A DNA stretch of 64,000 nucleotides from Guillardia theta CCMP2712 (Eukaryota; Protista; Cryptophyta), in assembly GCF_000315625.1 (NCBI RefSeq), contig NW_005434648.1:410974-474973 (forward strand), given 5' to 3'. Positions 13,701-26,233 of the stretch are shown one piece after another. The translations under genes and the position numbers were made by a program. The first letter of the stretch is position 1; each line of letters starts with the position of its first letter. The notes below the pieces were generated by a model. The model saw nothing but the letters and a program-made list of their open reading frames with translations, searched no databases and was not told where the DNA came from.

Positions 13701-14160
13701 CGTCCACGTTGCTGAGAAAGCCGTTGGCACCAACACCCGAGTTCGTGTACCCACCTGATCCTGTGGTCGGCAGCTTACCAACAATCAGGTTCATGACCGA
13801 GCTCTCAATCGCGTAGCAGGCTTCGTAGTCTCGCTGCATGAACAACAGCACGATGTACAAGATGAAGAACGTCGTCGTGCCCATCAACTTCTTGTATGAG
13901 TCTGACCTGTTGATTTTCGCTTCTGCCATCTCTATCAAACCATCCACCATGAACTCTTTTGATGTCTCAGGATCCTTTTCAGAAGGGTTGAAAAGGATTT
14001 TCGACTCGATGTCTTCAAGGACATCTTGAATGGCTAGAACTCGTTCTTGGAAGACCCTCTTGTCCTCTACCAGCAAGGGCTCGTCTTGCCTCTCGTTGAT
14101 CCCTGCCCTTTGCCGTCTGTTCCTAACTGCAGCGATCAACCCCCCGGAAGGGAGGGGCAT
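7715..14160 (-). CDS. Polycystin-2/TRPP-like cation channel with large extracellular insert and C-terminal C2 domain (copy A)
   Basis: S1 LMGTTTFFILYIVLLF; TOP-domain motifs FYTWL and KFLDAQTQELHVEVVTFN; S2-S6 incl. DLFNWVD, VLRMLKSLDF, GYAIVGVLLFG, ILFNIFLAILVDAY; C2 LVRAEHLPRMD..SCDPYC...NPTWDE.FEW..VWDKD. Confidence 0.9.
7976..8080. repeat. (AGGGC)21 microsatellite in the last intron of polycystin copy A
   Basis: Perfect pentamer tandem repeat. Confidence 0.95.
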
Positions 14161-15011
14161 TTTGTATTAGCTGACCAACACCAGTGATACTGAACCTGTA
14201 CATCGTAAGGATCAGTGATAACATGAACAATGAGATATCAGGAATTCTTGTTCTTTCAACTTTCATCTTCTCTTCTAATCGCTTCACCCATCATGATGTC
14301 CTGCTCTCGGAGACTCCTTACACTATGATCACAGTATCCCTCCATCTCTCATCCCTCCATCGATCTCGTTCAATCTTCTCTTCCTGTCCTGTTTTCCCTC
14401 TTCTCTTAGTCCTAGTCTTCCCACCCGTTGTCACCATCTCCTTTCAGCGGTGTATTAAAATCTTGTCAACTGCCCACTGACCTGCCCAACCACCCCCGAA
14501 CGAAAACTCATCAACTACACTACCCCACCCCAGAATGAAAGTCAAAATGACAAGGACGAGTAGAAAAGGACCCCCATCAGATCGGCCAAAGACGACCCCT
14601 ACCCAACCACGGCCAAGAATTCTTTTTGATTTTATTGGTCATCATACCGCGTGACTGCAGTGCCGCGTGACTGAAGTCAGCACAGTTGAGTAAAACAAAA
14701 AGTTTGTGGGTGCATATAGTGTCTTCCCGCGCAAATGCAGCTGTTCTCCTCCGATCTGATCTCCTTGCCGCCCCTCTCCTTCCCCTCCTGCACTTGATCC
14801 ACAATTGCTAATCTCGTTCTGTATCTGATCCTGTCTCAATTCACGTCTTGGTTCTAGAGCCCTTGTAATCGCTGTTTTGCATCACGGTCTAGGTACCCAG
14901 GACCAAATTTTTACAAATCTCCCTCCTTCCTCTACGTGTCTTCTTTCTCTGAAAAAGACGACTGCCCTGTCCTTTGCTCTTACTAGTTTGATCTTTTGTG
15001 TTGTCTTCTGA

Positions 15012-18000
15012 ATGCCGAGTAGAGTCCGTCTGAAGAACAACAGCATTCACGACGAGCAAAGTGAAAATATGATAGAAGATTCACACACTTGCCTTGAATC
15101 GGACAATCTATCCTGTCGGAAAACAGTAACAAAGAAAAGACAGAAGGAAAATAAAGACGATTCTATAGCAGAAGAATTATCTCTACTTCTTAACTTCGAG
15201 ACAGAAGCAAAAATGTATTCGCGAGATCACAAAGTAGCTGGAAGTCGGAAAAAGTCTAAGAAAATCCAATCTATCGACATGCCAGCCATTCTGCAAGCAT
15301 GGAATTCAATCTTTGGAGATGACAAGCAAATCTTGAAGATGAAAAAGCTATCGCAGTTGATTCAACAATTTCCGAATGAATCCCTCCGTCATTTATTGCA
15401 TTCCGATGGAACAGGCCATAAAGTTAATCTCAGCGTCCTACCTTACCTCAACGATATCCTCTCCAGCGCAAATCTTAATACGTATAAGGATTATTTGGCA
15501 AAAGGCTTGTTTGATGAGTATCTCAATATTTTGCTCATGATGTGCTCGGTGTTGAGTTGCGATTCCTTTCAAACACAACACGATCATTCCCATGCCACGC
15601 ACAAAACTCATTTCTTCTCAATTTTGCTGGATTGGACAGAAGAATTCATAAAAGCATTGTTCAACATGAAAAACTCTGAATCAAGAAAAAGAAATGGATT
15701 GCTCAATTTGATGGAAATTCAGGCTTTTGAGGAATACATCAAATCATGTTTAGACTTGACCTTCACCGCGTACAAAAATCTTTTCAAGGGGTCTGAGGAA
15801 TTTCTCTTCAAATTAATCAGGAATGGTACTGATTGCTTGCTGTTCAACGGAAGTCGAGGTCTGCAAGACATAGGGATGCATATTCTCATTGAATTGTACT
15901 CAGAAAAAGACTCCAACAAAAAAATTGTGTTGGAAGAAATATTTCACATGATGGATGATGATCGTTTGAAAACTGGAATGAAGAAAATTCAAGTTTTGAA
16001 TTTGGAATCTTTGCCCAGTGTACACATACAATCTCTGATACTGGTTCAACTTTTTCAGTCTTGCTCCAGCGAAAATGAACTTGACGGTCAAGTGAAAGTC
16101 TTCCAACAACCCATTGAAGGGTTCATGAACTTGTGAGTGTAAAACTTGACATTATCTTCGAACTAACCAATTGTTTTAAAGATTTGAACAACGATTTCTC
16201 GCAAATTCTTCTAATCCAAAAAGTGATTCTTTCAAGGATTTACCGTGTAAATTATTTTTGTCACAGTTAATGGAAGACTTTTGTAATTTGCTGACATGCA
16301 ATTACCTTCCAGTGGTTCATCTCATCATTGAAATCTTTTTGGAACGTCTTGATCTTGTTGTGCAGCAAAGCTTTCATAGGGCTCATTACAAACTTCATGA
16401 ATTTTATCGAATGATGATCGTTGACATCCTGGGAATCCTTATTTGCAGAATTGCCAAAATGATCAAGGACTATAATTCCGAAAAATCTGAGTTCAATCTT
16501 GCCAAGTGCTTTGATTCCGACGAGCGAGATCATCTGTACAAAACCAGAAACCAGCAGATCCAATTCTGTTCTCTCAATCACGGCAAAACGAAGTTGAATG
16601 CGCCATTGCAGATTTTGGAAAAGACAGGCGACGAAGAACAATTGATCTGTGAAGAATCAAAACAGCTTTTGCTTAATTGGTTGTGTTCAAATCAAGGTGA
16701 AATGAAAGAATTGTCTCGTTCAGCCTATTACTATCTCTTGGCTCTTTGGTGCACACCGAAAGATAGCGGCCATGAAGTTGGATCTTTGTATTGGGAATCA
16801 GTAAGAAAAACTTCAGCTTTTCTTGATCGAAACCGCGAAAACTTGCAACCTACAAAACAAATTGGTATGATTGTTCGACGCATACTGCATGAAGGCTCAT
16901 TTTATACCAAATTTTCGTCTCGTGCAAATCGTATTCTCATCAACTTGATAAATGAAGGCAAGAATGCCGAAAAAGTCAAGGTTTTGAAAGTTTTGAACGA
17001 GATCTTGTCCATTGATCCTGAACTCCCGCATCCAATCTTTGTTCAGAAAATCGAACAATCCTTGCTCTTGGATCCAGACAATGCAAACATGAGGGCAGCT
17101 GCAATTGAAGTGTATTGCAAGATGGCAGTCCAGAAATTTCAAAAAAATAGAAAATCCTCAGAATTCCAAAATTACTTTGGCATAATTTGTGGGCGAAGCT
17201 TTGACACTTCTATTCGAGTACGACAGGCTATAATTGGGTTCCTCAGGGAAATTGCGTTTTCTTCAAGATTCTACATACATGGTTCTGTTGAGGAACACGC
17301 TGAAAAACTTGTTGGGTCAACAATCCAGAAGGTGAAGGAGGATCTAAGTTTGTCTTATGGCAAGATTGAAGGATACAGCAGAAATGAGAAAGTATTTCAT
17401 GTAAGATACGGTGTCAACGACCTGCAAGAATCGATCAATTTCTCAGACATTCTTTATCACTTAATTCCTAGTTGTATTGAAGAGTTGGGAATTCATGGGC
17501 AGCACTCTGAACTGCTGATTGAATGTTGTGATCAAATGTCCGAAATTCTGCAAAGACAGGAAGATGATAGCATTCGGGAGCTGTGCATGTCTTTCTTTAT
17601 GGATCTGTGGTTTTCGAACACATCTCATGCACCTCTTCAATTTTGTGTCGAGGAATTACTACGATTCTTAAGTCATGACGGGAATGAGCGGGACGAAAAT
17701 AGTAATAGATCATGCTTAGAAGCAATTTTGCAATTCTTACTCAAAGATAAGATGCAGGCACGAGTCGGACATTTATATGTCGAATTGATATTCTCGAGAA
17801 TCAAACATTGCAAATACAAGTCATCAAGCACAGATACAGATGAAGGAGAAATTTCAAAGTCATTCTGTGAGTCAAATTGTACGAAGGTGCTTGCACTCGT
17901 GAAATTGATGATCCCTTGGTCCAAAACTTTCACGCAATCCTTTGCAACACACGTGGTAGATTTGATACCATTGTTTCACATTGCAGATGATGCAAAGGGG

Positions 18001-19911
18001 CAGACAACGATAATCAGTCACCTACTCGATCTGGTGATCACACTTTCGTCTAAATTGAATTGCCTGCCATTGGATTTCGAAACTTTCATCTTGCGAGCTT
18101 ACGGCACTGGTTCCTTGAGGTTGAGCGATCCAAAGCGATGGACCAATGTGGAAGATCTCAAGAGAGCAGTCAAATGCTTGTGCTATTTGATCAAGTGCAA
18201 CAGGACCAAAAGTTCTGTAGACTTTCTCCTCAGGTGCATGAAACAGTACTTGGCTTTTCTGCAAAGGTATATTTCAAGCCCTAAGCAGGAAGATAATGCA
18301 TGGGTTGCCCGCGCTCTAATTCTCTGTGGTTCTATCGTTAGATATTCATCGATTTGGTCGAGTGATAGAGAAAGTATCGAAATTTTAAGGCAGTCAAGGG
18401 ACGAGCTATACTGTATTTGCATATCCCGTTTTTCAAATCATTCAGATGAATCTGTAAAGCGTTGTGCAATTAATTCCATCGGCGCAATTTGTTTGAATGA
18501 TCCATGCAAACTGCTTCAAAACGCATGCATGAAGCTGATGATGAAACATCTATCTGTCGATGCAGTGCCTGTACTGCAAATCCAGATTCTCAAGAACTTC
18601 GTTGATCTCTTTGAAGCTGAAGAAAATGAACTTGCAAGCTTATCCAACAATTACGGTCTATTGCAAAACAAGACCGAAGCACCACATTTGATCCGTATAT
18701 CAGATACATCTACAACGGTGATGCATAAGTTTCATGGGATGATCCTCGAATTATCACTTTCCACTCACTTTGGCGTGAGATTTGAAGCTATCAAATTGAT
18801 ATCCGTCATAATTAGGCGCGGTCTTACAGCCTCGTATATATGCTTACCTTTCCTTTTGGCACAACAGGCAACGTCAGATAAGGCATCTTCATTGGCCTTG
18901 AAGCTTCTCAACTCTATCTATGAAAAGGATTCTCTTCACTTTACTGCTCACATGTTCTGGGATGGAATATGTAAATCTTACAAGCTCTGTGAAACTTCCC
19001 AAAACTTATCTTCCGATGCATTTTGTGCTGCTTTCAAGTTGATAACCGCTTCAGGAAGGGAAAATGCCTGCAAGTTCGTTAGGCAACTTTTACATATCTT
19101 AATATCAAAAATTTACGTTGTACCGGAATCCTTCGAGAAAGATTCAGGATCTTTGGGGACATCTTATTCGTTCAAGCTCTATCTCGCTGTGATTATTTCA
19201 CAATTTCCATACTTTACAATGGACGGACCACTTTATCTCCTTTCCTTGACGCATCAGAGCATATCAAACTTATCAGAACCGTGCTTGTCAGTCATCAAAT
19301 CAGATCAATCAAGGCATGGTGACGAAAGGCTTCGAACAAATTTAGAGTATCAAAGCGTTGCTTTGCTTGCAGAATTGCATGTGTTTGTTCAGAGCAAGTA
19401 TGGGATCAAACCTGATAAACTGAAAAAGTTTCTAGATTCAAAGTGCATTGAAAAGTCTCCAATTAAGTCAGAGATGAAACCAGACAAGGTTTTCAAATCG
19501 CGGATGCTCTTCCATCAGAAAGATGATTGCTTTTCTGAATATATGCAGGAATTGCAAGATTTGCTATGCTTGACATTCTGCAATGAACAGAAGAGAGTCC
19601 CTGATAAAACTCCGAATCAAGAGGACACTAGAAGCCAGACTCGTGTTCAGGATTCGATGGTGTTGTCAAAAGTAACTCAATCAGAAGCTCCTACTTCGCT
19701 TCTGCATCAGGGAAATTGCAGGACACATCAACAGACAGAAGATGTATACGCAAGAGGTATGCGGGTTGAGCTTCTTTTTACAGACGGTGTGTGGTACCCT
19801 GGAACAGTAACAAAAGCAACCAAAACGAAAGTATATGTGGAGTTTGACGATGGAGATAGATACCATATCTTGATTCCGTGCAACGAATTTCGAAAAATCA
19901 AGGCAGATTAG
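15012..19911 (+). CDS. SCC2: Cohesin loader SCC2/Nipped-B-like HEAT-repeat protein with Tudor-like domains; one intron 16133-16181
   Basis: NIPBL-like motifs MRAAAIEV, GRSFDTSIRVRQAII, EDDSIRELCMSFFMDLWF, IQILKNFVDLFEAEE, IIRRGL...CLPFLLA; a 49-nt GT-AG intron joins the 374- and 1217-aa ORFs in frame. Confidence 0.8.
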
Positions 19912-20029
19912 ATTTGTAGTAGAGTCTGATGGTACAGATGACAGGAAAATGCAAAAGTAGACATGGAGAAATTGCCAAATACCAAGAAAAATTCCAGCAG
20001 CACAGTATTATCTCGATTATGGATTTTGG

Positions 20030-22711
20030 TAGTAAAGCTTTATTGTATCTCTCCCGTTCTCGTTGATATTCGCTTGTATGGAAACTCTACGTTTCCTGAA
20101 TCACCACCGTAGGTACGACTGACACCGAAAGCATCTGAACTTGTTGCCACTGCTCTTCCACTTGCATCAAATCTTTCAACTTGTTTTCCTGTTGTCGCAG
20201 CAAGCAGCTAAACGAAAGGATTCGTCAGGTAATCGAAATAATCATTGATGAGAATGTGGTGACAGAGGGATAGAAGATGAGAGAGAAGTGAACGAAGTGA
20301 GTCAGAGATGATGATTGTGCAGAGAAGAAGGAGAAAGTTCAACGCAACCTGTTCAAGCCTTGCAGTCTCTCGCTGTGCTTCAACTGCGATCATTCGTGCG
20401 TCATAGGCCTGCATTGCAAACGTGAGAGAACGTGGAGGATGAAACAGCTCGAGACCTCTGCTTCTGCTTGTGCGGCCCTGCGGAGTAATCTTGATTGCTC
20501 TTCCATCTGCCAAACAAACATTAACTTCTGCTTAAAAGAACTGGACAACAAAACAAAGAAAAGAAGAGAGAGCGAACAAGGAGAATAAGGAGAACAGGGA
20601 GAAGGAAAAGGATAAGGAGGATATGGAGAATCAAGGTGAAAAAGAGAACAAGGTGAACAGGCAGAATAAGGAGAATGAGAGTACATGAACGAGAGAGGGG
20701 GAAAATTCGATCAACGTACCATTTCTATCTGTTTCTTTGCTTCCTTCCGCATCTCCTCAGCCTTTTTTTTGTATTGAGTCGTCGATGCGTTCTCAAGCAA
20801 AGCAACAAGACCTGCTTCTCGAGGGTCAAAGCTTCCTCCTCCAGCTGTTTGTTGAAAAATCGATTCTCGTCTGCCCATGGCAGGTAAGTGACAGAACACT
20901 GAGAATATGAAGCATCACTCTGAGAAGATCCAGCAGCTGCAGATGATGTTGGATAAGCAAACTTGCGACTGGAGTCAAACTCAATAGTTCGCGTTGCAAA
21001 CTTGCTGTTGAAGCCGATGGTGGAGACGACACTCTGAACTCCCTCACTCGGCATAGGATGTCGGATCTTGTCTTTCTTGTTGTCGTTCTTCTCTGCTTCA
21101 AACATCTTGTCCTTTAACCAAGGTGTCGAATAGAGTTGAATGAGATCCAACAGGATCAGGGGAGAACTCTTATGAACCATCCTAGACTGGTTCTGTAACG
21201 AGATGGTAGGAAGCTGGAGGGAGTTGGCAAGGTCTGGATTTGACTGCAAACAAAGGAAGAGATCTTGATAGCGCAACTTGTCCCCCCTGGCACGAAACAT
21301 AAGGTTCTCAACTCATATACAATCCTCTTTCTCTCACCGACTCAGCTCTTCATTGCGGGATCCAATGCCGCTCTTCACCGCCATTTCCAACACCATCAGC
21401 AAGCTTGCCAGCTTGTCCTCTGTCAAGATCGGGCGCATGTCAGCATTTGCAGGCGGCTGATTCCAGGAGTAGAAGGAACGGACGATTCCGTCCTTGAGGA
21501 AGAAACCACGGAAGCACAGAGAGTCTCTCCCCCTGGTCAGAACAAACTCTCCAATCTCGTTGTTCATGCTCCAGGCTCCCTGCACATTCTTGCCGCCGTC
21601 CGTCACGAAACAGCTAAGCTTCCCGTTCTTCCACTGCCCCAGCACATGATTGTTCCTCTTCACGAAACGAAACTCTATCGGGGACTGATCGACACTTTCG
21701 TACCACCGGAGCTCAACGAGTTGCTGTATCGTAGCCTTCACTCCTACATCATTCTGCACACTTGTGATGGCTTTTGCCCACAACTCTTCGCTGGTCTTGT
21801 TGGATCCACTGGTAGCAGAGTTGATCTTCTTCTCTATCGACTTCTTCCTCTCTTCATCTGTCATAGCCATGAAGCTCTTGATGTTCTTAGTCGTCGCGGG
21901 TGTTCCGAGCAACCTGTTTGTCTGGGCCTTGGGCTTGCTGTCCTCCTCCTTTGCCTCCTTCCTTCCCGTTTTTCCTTCCATTAGGTTTCTGGCCTTCAAC
22001 ATCTCTATCTCTTCTTCAGTGGACATGAACGCATCTTTGACTCTGTTCAGAGTCTGCAGTTCTGCTCGCTTCTTTTCTTGTTCAGCTGCGACTCGCTCCT
22101 GCATGCTCTGCTGAGCCTGCAGGAACTGAGCTTCTTGCTGAATCAGTGCTTGCTCCTGCAGAAACTTGAGCTGCGTCCTGAGCATTTGCTGCTCCTTCAC
22201 TAGAAGGTCGTGCTCATGTAGCTGGATCTGAGCTTGAGCTGCTCGAATCTCATCTGAGTCTTTGGGGTCACAATCGAGTTTATCTTTCTCTTCCGCCAGG
22301 TCATACTCCTCCACGATCGAATTTTCCCAGTTCTTGATAAATCCTTCGGAAACGTGTCAGCTCGAGCAGAACACAACTAGCGCTACCTAAGAAGCCCACG
22401 GCAAGAAGACCCTGCCTCCTCCTCTTCTTCTGCATTTCTTCGTCTCTGCGTCCTTTCCTTCCCCCGCGGAGTATGACTTTGTCTTCCTGCTGCCGCTTTG
22501 CACTTACATACTCGAAATCAGCCTGTAGGACGCGCGACTCTCCTGTGCTCTTCCTCGGCTTCACTTCATGGACGCCTGAGGAGACCCAACGATGCTGCCA
22601 CATGTCCTCTTCCTCGGACTCCTCCGACTCGCTGAAGCCCAGCCCGGGAGCAGGTTCGAAGTAAGAGGCGACGCTTCTCCTCCCCTCGACAAGGTTGAAT
22701 CGCTGCGACAT
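20030..22711 (-). CDS. Hypothetical multi-exon coiled-coil protein (ends approximate)
   Basis: Consecutive minus-strand ORFs (136, 326, 191 aa) with a Q/E-rich coiled coil; no family recognised. Confidence 0.5.
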
Positions 22712-22879
22712 CCTTGCCTGCCAACATTAAAGTCGTTAGATCCTCCCGACTGACTCAGTACTCGTCTCTCAGCACTTCCTCCTCCCTCTCCCTCTCCTCC
22801 CTCTCTCTCAGTGCTGTCAAGCTGCGTTCAGAGCCTCCTCCCGCATTTTCAACGGCTCTGTCTACAAAAAAGTTGAAAA

Positions 22880-23700
22880 AAAGTCGACTCACTGTCACTG
22901 GGTGACTCCCGAGGGCCGCTTGCCCCACGCCGTTGAAGCTTCAACGGTCACGAGTCTAACGACTCAGTCCGGATCCGAGTGACGCCTCAACTGAGTCAGT
23001 TCTGCGAGTCCTGCGAGTCCTGAAAGCTTCAAGGCCCGGCCGGGCCGCTGTCACTCGGAAGCACTCGGCACTGGGCCCGGCCAGTGCTGCCGGGGCCGAA
23101 GCATGACTCGTGTGATGATCTGAGAGGCCAAAGAGGAGGGGTCCTCAAGTAGGTCCGAAGGAGGGGTCACCTCCTCATCATGCCGGGTATGTCTACAGTT
23201 CATCCACCCGGTGACCCTCCCATCCCCAAGGGTTTCTGGGAATGAACCCGGTGGTGTCATATCCCCGGTGGTACGGTCGTATCTCGACTACCACTGACGA
23301 TTGTTGAATGACCCTACCCCCCCTTCCCAAGTCTCGCTATGATAGCCACACTACCCCCCATTACACAGTAGGACAAATTACTTACAATTGAGGGGTGAGG
23401 GGTGAGGGGGGGGTTCTGTATTGTAGTAGGGGTGGGTCCCATGAATTACTGCTACCCCTTCAATGGTCTGATATGTCATCCTCAGAAAGTGACGGGGTCG
23501 GCAAAAGACAGGGGGTAGAATTAGTGGGGGTGGTAGTTAAGGGGGGTAGATGGCAGAGACAAAGGGGGTAGGGGTAGCATCAAGGATACTACCAGTGTGC
23601 CGTATCTTAGGGCCCCCCACCCCCACCCTTATTTTTCCCCTAAACCCTGTTCCTCAGTACCCACCACCCCATTCACCGTCTCTTTTAGTAGAAAACCTCT
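22880..23700. promoter_or_regulatory. Intergenic module: CCGG/palindrome block (22880-23110) plus GGGGT/ACCCC block (23120-23700) between divergent genes
   Basis: Perfect palindromes ccgttgaagcttcaacgg (22930-22947) and ggcccggccgggcc (23033-23046); dense G4-7 and C4-7 runs. Confidence 0.45.
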
Positions 23701-24066
23701 TCCATCATGGCAGCTCCCCCGGCACTGCGATGGTACGCGAACAATGTGACTCGTCTACCATGCTCTCACTGCGATCTATGCGAAACCTTTAACAAAATGT
23801 ATACTTCTTGACATGTCTGACAAGAACTTGCTCACTTGAGCTCGTTTTGTTCAATCTTCATCAAAACCCCTTGTTCTCCCCTGTGATACTCGCAGCAACA
23901 TCCTCATACATGTCCCCTTATCCCTGTCTCACATGACAGTGCTTGTCATCTTCGATGATGCATCATTTCAACGTTAGATGCTGAGCACCAAGATTTCTTT
24001 GCATGAATTCTCATTATTGTGCCGATATGACTCGTTGATTTCTTTCAGAGTGAAAGAACGCGCTAG

Positions 24067-25977
24067 ATGTCCAAGCACGAGGAGAGGAAGGGAAGTGTTT
24101 CTCCTACTCGAGGATCAGTAGCTTCTGCCTCGAAGCCCTCATTCCGTGCATCCTCGCCGAATAGAAATCGTTCAGAATCGTTACCTCAATCCAAGCTTTC
24201 CTCGGATGACTTCATCTCTCAATATCACTCGTTGGAAAAATTCAAGAAGAAGGTGAAGAAGACGGAGGCTCAAGATGCGAAGCCGACGGACTCAAAGCGT
24301 GCGCTGTCTCCTGCAAGAGAGCGTGCAAAGAATTCTTTTGTGCACAACTCAAGCGTCAAACTCTCACAAAAATCCTTCATTTCCAAGTATGAAATTCTTT
24401 CTATGGCAGCGCCACCAAAACCAGTGCCTTGTAGCAGCGGATGTGTAGGAAACGATAATTTATCAACCCATCATTGCGAAGAGTGCAGCAAAGATCTCTG
24501 TCGGTTTTGTGTCCTCGAACACAGTCAGAATGATTGGTCCGCCACACACACCCTCATCCCTCTGGCAGAATATCGGCTGACTGATCTGAAGAAGGCCGGA
24601 TGGAATACTCGCGGAATTCAGGGGCTTGGAATTGCCGAGGACGATGAAACTATCGATAATCTTTCCAAGGTCTTTGGGAAGTCACATTCGCAGCCAGTAA
24701 CCACATTGATGCTCCCCAGGATTGGGAGCCGAGGGTACGATTCAACGAAAGGGTCGGAGGATGCTTTCTTTCAATTCAATCGGGTCTCTTCTTTCGACTC
24801 TTCTTTGTCGCGAGACCATTTGAGATCATCGCCCAAGCATTCAAGCTCATTCTTCAATCGACCATCAAGCTCACATCGCACAGAACGTGATAAATTATCC
24901 TCGGATACCATCCTTGAAAACCTGCCGGAAGAAACAGAAGCCTTGAACGTTGAAGAAAACCATGACAAGCACCATGAAGAGTTTGTCAACTTCTTTGACA
25001 CGCTAGAACCTCCACCTGTCCCAAAGCTTAGGGCTCGTTCTCCGGATTTGCGTGGGTCCAACAGAGCTATGTTTACATCCAACTTCAATGCTGAACAGAA
25101 GCAGAAACATGCCGAGGAACAAAATGGTCGCCTTTCTGGGAATCGTGCTCAGCGTCGTAACAGCCCTGAAAAATTGAGAGACTTCAACAATGACGTTGAT
25201 TCCAAGTCTCCTCTAGAATCCCCCGTCGGCGCGTTCTCGCGGGCTACCACTTTCAGGATGATATCAACGATGACGGGCTATGGGTTTAAGGGTTTCCTCG
25301 AGCTGAAAGCAGACCTCTCACCTCGGTCAGCTCCAGAGAAAGTGTTTTGTGAGGTCACAGAGAAACATTTCTTGATCTCTCGTGCTGCAGACCTCGAGAG
25401 GCCCCTGTTCAGACTGCACCTGCTGGAACTTTTGTGCAAGATCCCAGCTGACATGCCAGACACTCTCCTCCTTGTCACTGTCGAAGCTGACGCAGCGAAC
25501 GAGACCGGATGCCAACGATCACTCCCAGGAGGGAAAACTTTCATCGTCAGCAAAGACAAGAATGAGGCCAAGGCCTGGTACTCGCAGATCCAGGAGAACC
25601 TCAAACTTCTGGAGACTCTGCCTGAAAAGGAGCAGTATGACCTAGAGGACCTGGAGACTGACGCCAAACTGACCGTCGGCTCTAAAGTGAGGCTACAGGG
25701 GTTCAAGCCGACAGGATCGTTTGCTCAGTACAACGGGATGGAGGGATGCATTGATGACATAGACCCGACGACAGATAAGTTCTACGTTGATGTCGACGGC
25801 AAGACGATCAAAGCAAAGCTCGAGAACCTGAGGGGGATACGAGAGCTGTTGACCCCTTTCAAGCGCAGAGAGATGCAGAAGAAAGCGTCTGCCCTCCTTG
25901 ATGAGATATCGCAAAAGAACAAGAAAGATGAGAAGTTCCTGGCTCAAGCTCGGAAAAAACTTTCGAGTATCAAATAA
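24067..25977 (+). CDS. Intronless 636-aa protein with B-box zinc finger, PH-like domain and C-terminal KOW/SH3-like segment
   Basis: CSSGC...HCEECSKDLCRFCVLEH...THTL (B-box); FKGFLEL...FIVSKDKNEAKAWYSQIQ (PH-like); VGSKVRLQG...YNGMEGCI...KAKLENL. Confidence 0.7.
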   Translation: MSKHEERKGSVSPTRGSVASASKPSFRASSPNRNRSESLPQSKLSSDDFISQYHSLEKFKKKVKKTEAQDAKPTDSKRALSPARERAKNSFVHNSSVKLSQKSFISKYEILSMAAPPKPVPCSSGCVGNDNLSTHHCEECSKDLCRFCVLEHSQNDWSATHTLIPLAEYRLTDLKKAGWNTRGIQGLGIAEDDETIDNLSKVFGKSHSQPVTTLMLPRIGSRGYDSTKGSEDAFFQFNRVSSFDSSLSRDHLRSSPKHSSSFFNRPSSSHRTERDKLSSDTILENLPEETEALNVEENHDKHHEEFVNFFDTLEPPPVPKLRARSPDLRGSNRAMFTSNFNAEQKQKHAEEQNGRLSGNRAQRRNSPEKLRDFNNDVDSKSPLESPVGAFSRATTFRMISTMTGYGFKGFLELKADLSPRSAPEKVFCEVTEKHFLISRAADLERPLFRLHLLELLCKIPADMPDTLLLVTVEADAANETGCQRSLPGGKTFIVSKDKNEAKAWYSQIQENLKLLETLPEKEQYDLEDLETDAKLTVGSKVRLQGFKPTGSFAQYNGMEGCIDDIDPTTDKFYVDVDGKTIKAKLENLRGIRELLTPFKRREMQKKASALLDEISQKNKKDEKFLAQARKKLSSIK

Positions 25978-26233
25978 ACTTCATTGATAACATAGTTCGA
26001 AAGGATGAAATGTTCTTCTTACAATTACATTCTATTGATATTCAATCACCTTCTTTAGTTTACAAGCTGTTACTTTTCAATCCTCGACTTGTCGACATAT
26101 TCACAAACATTTGCAAATCGTTAGATACATCCAGCAAATTTTCTACCGAGCGACTGATAATCTGCCGTGGGGAAAATAACAAACACACGAATGTCAGGTC
26201 GAATTACATTCTCATGAACATGACTGACATGCA

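Larger units (their letters stand above)
7692..14350 (-). repeat. Inverted segmental duplication, copy A (partner 33593-40022)
   Basis: Reverse complement matches 33593-40022 including introns; the ORF track gives near-identical 298-, 1152- and 191-aa ORFs at both sites. Confidence 0.95.

Noticed and set aside
21230-21430. TAF4/histone-fold-like LRYQDLFLCLQS segment
   Set aside because: Similarity too short to assign by eye
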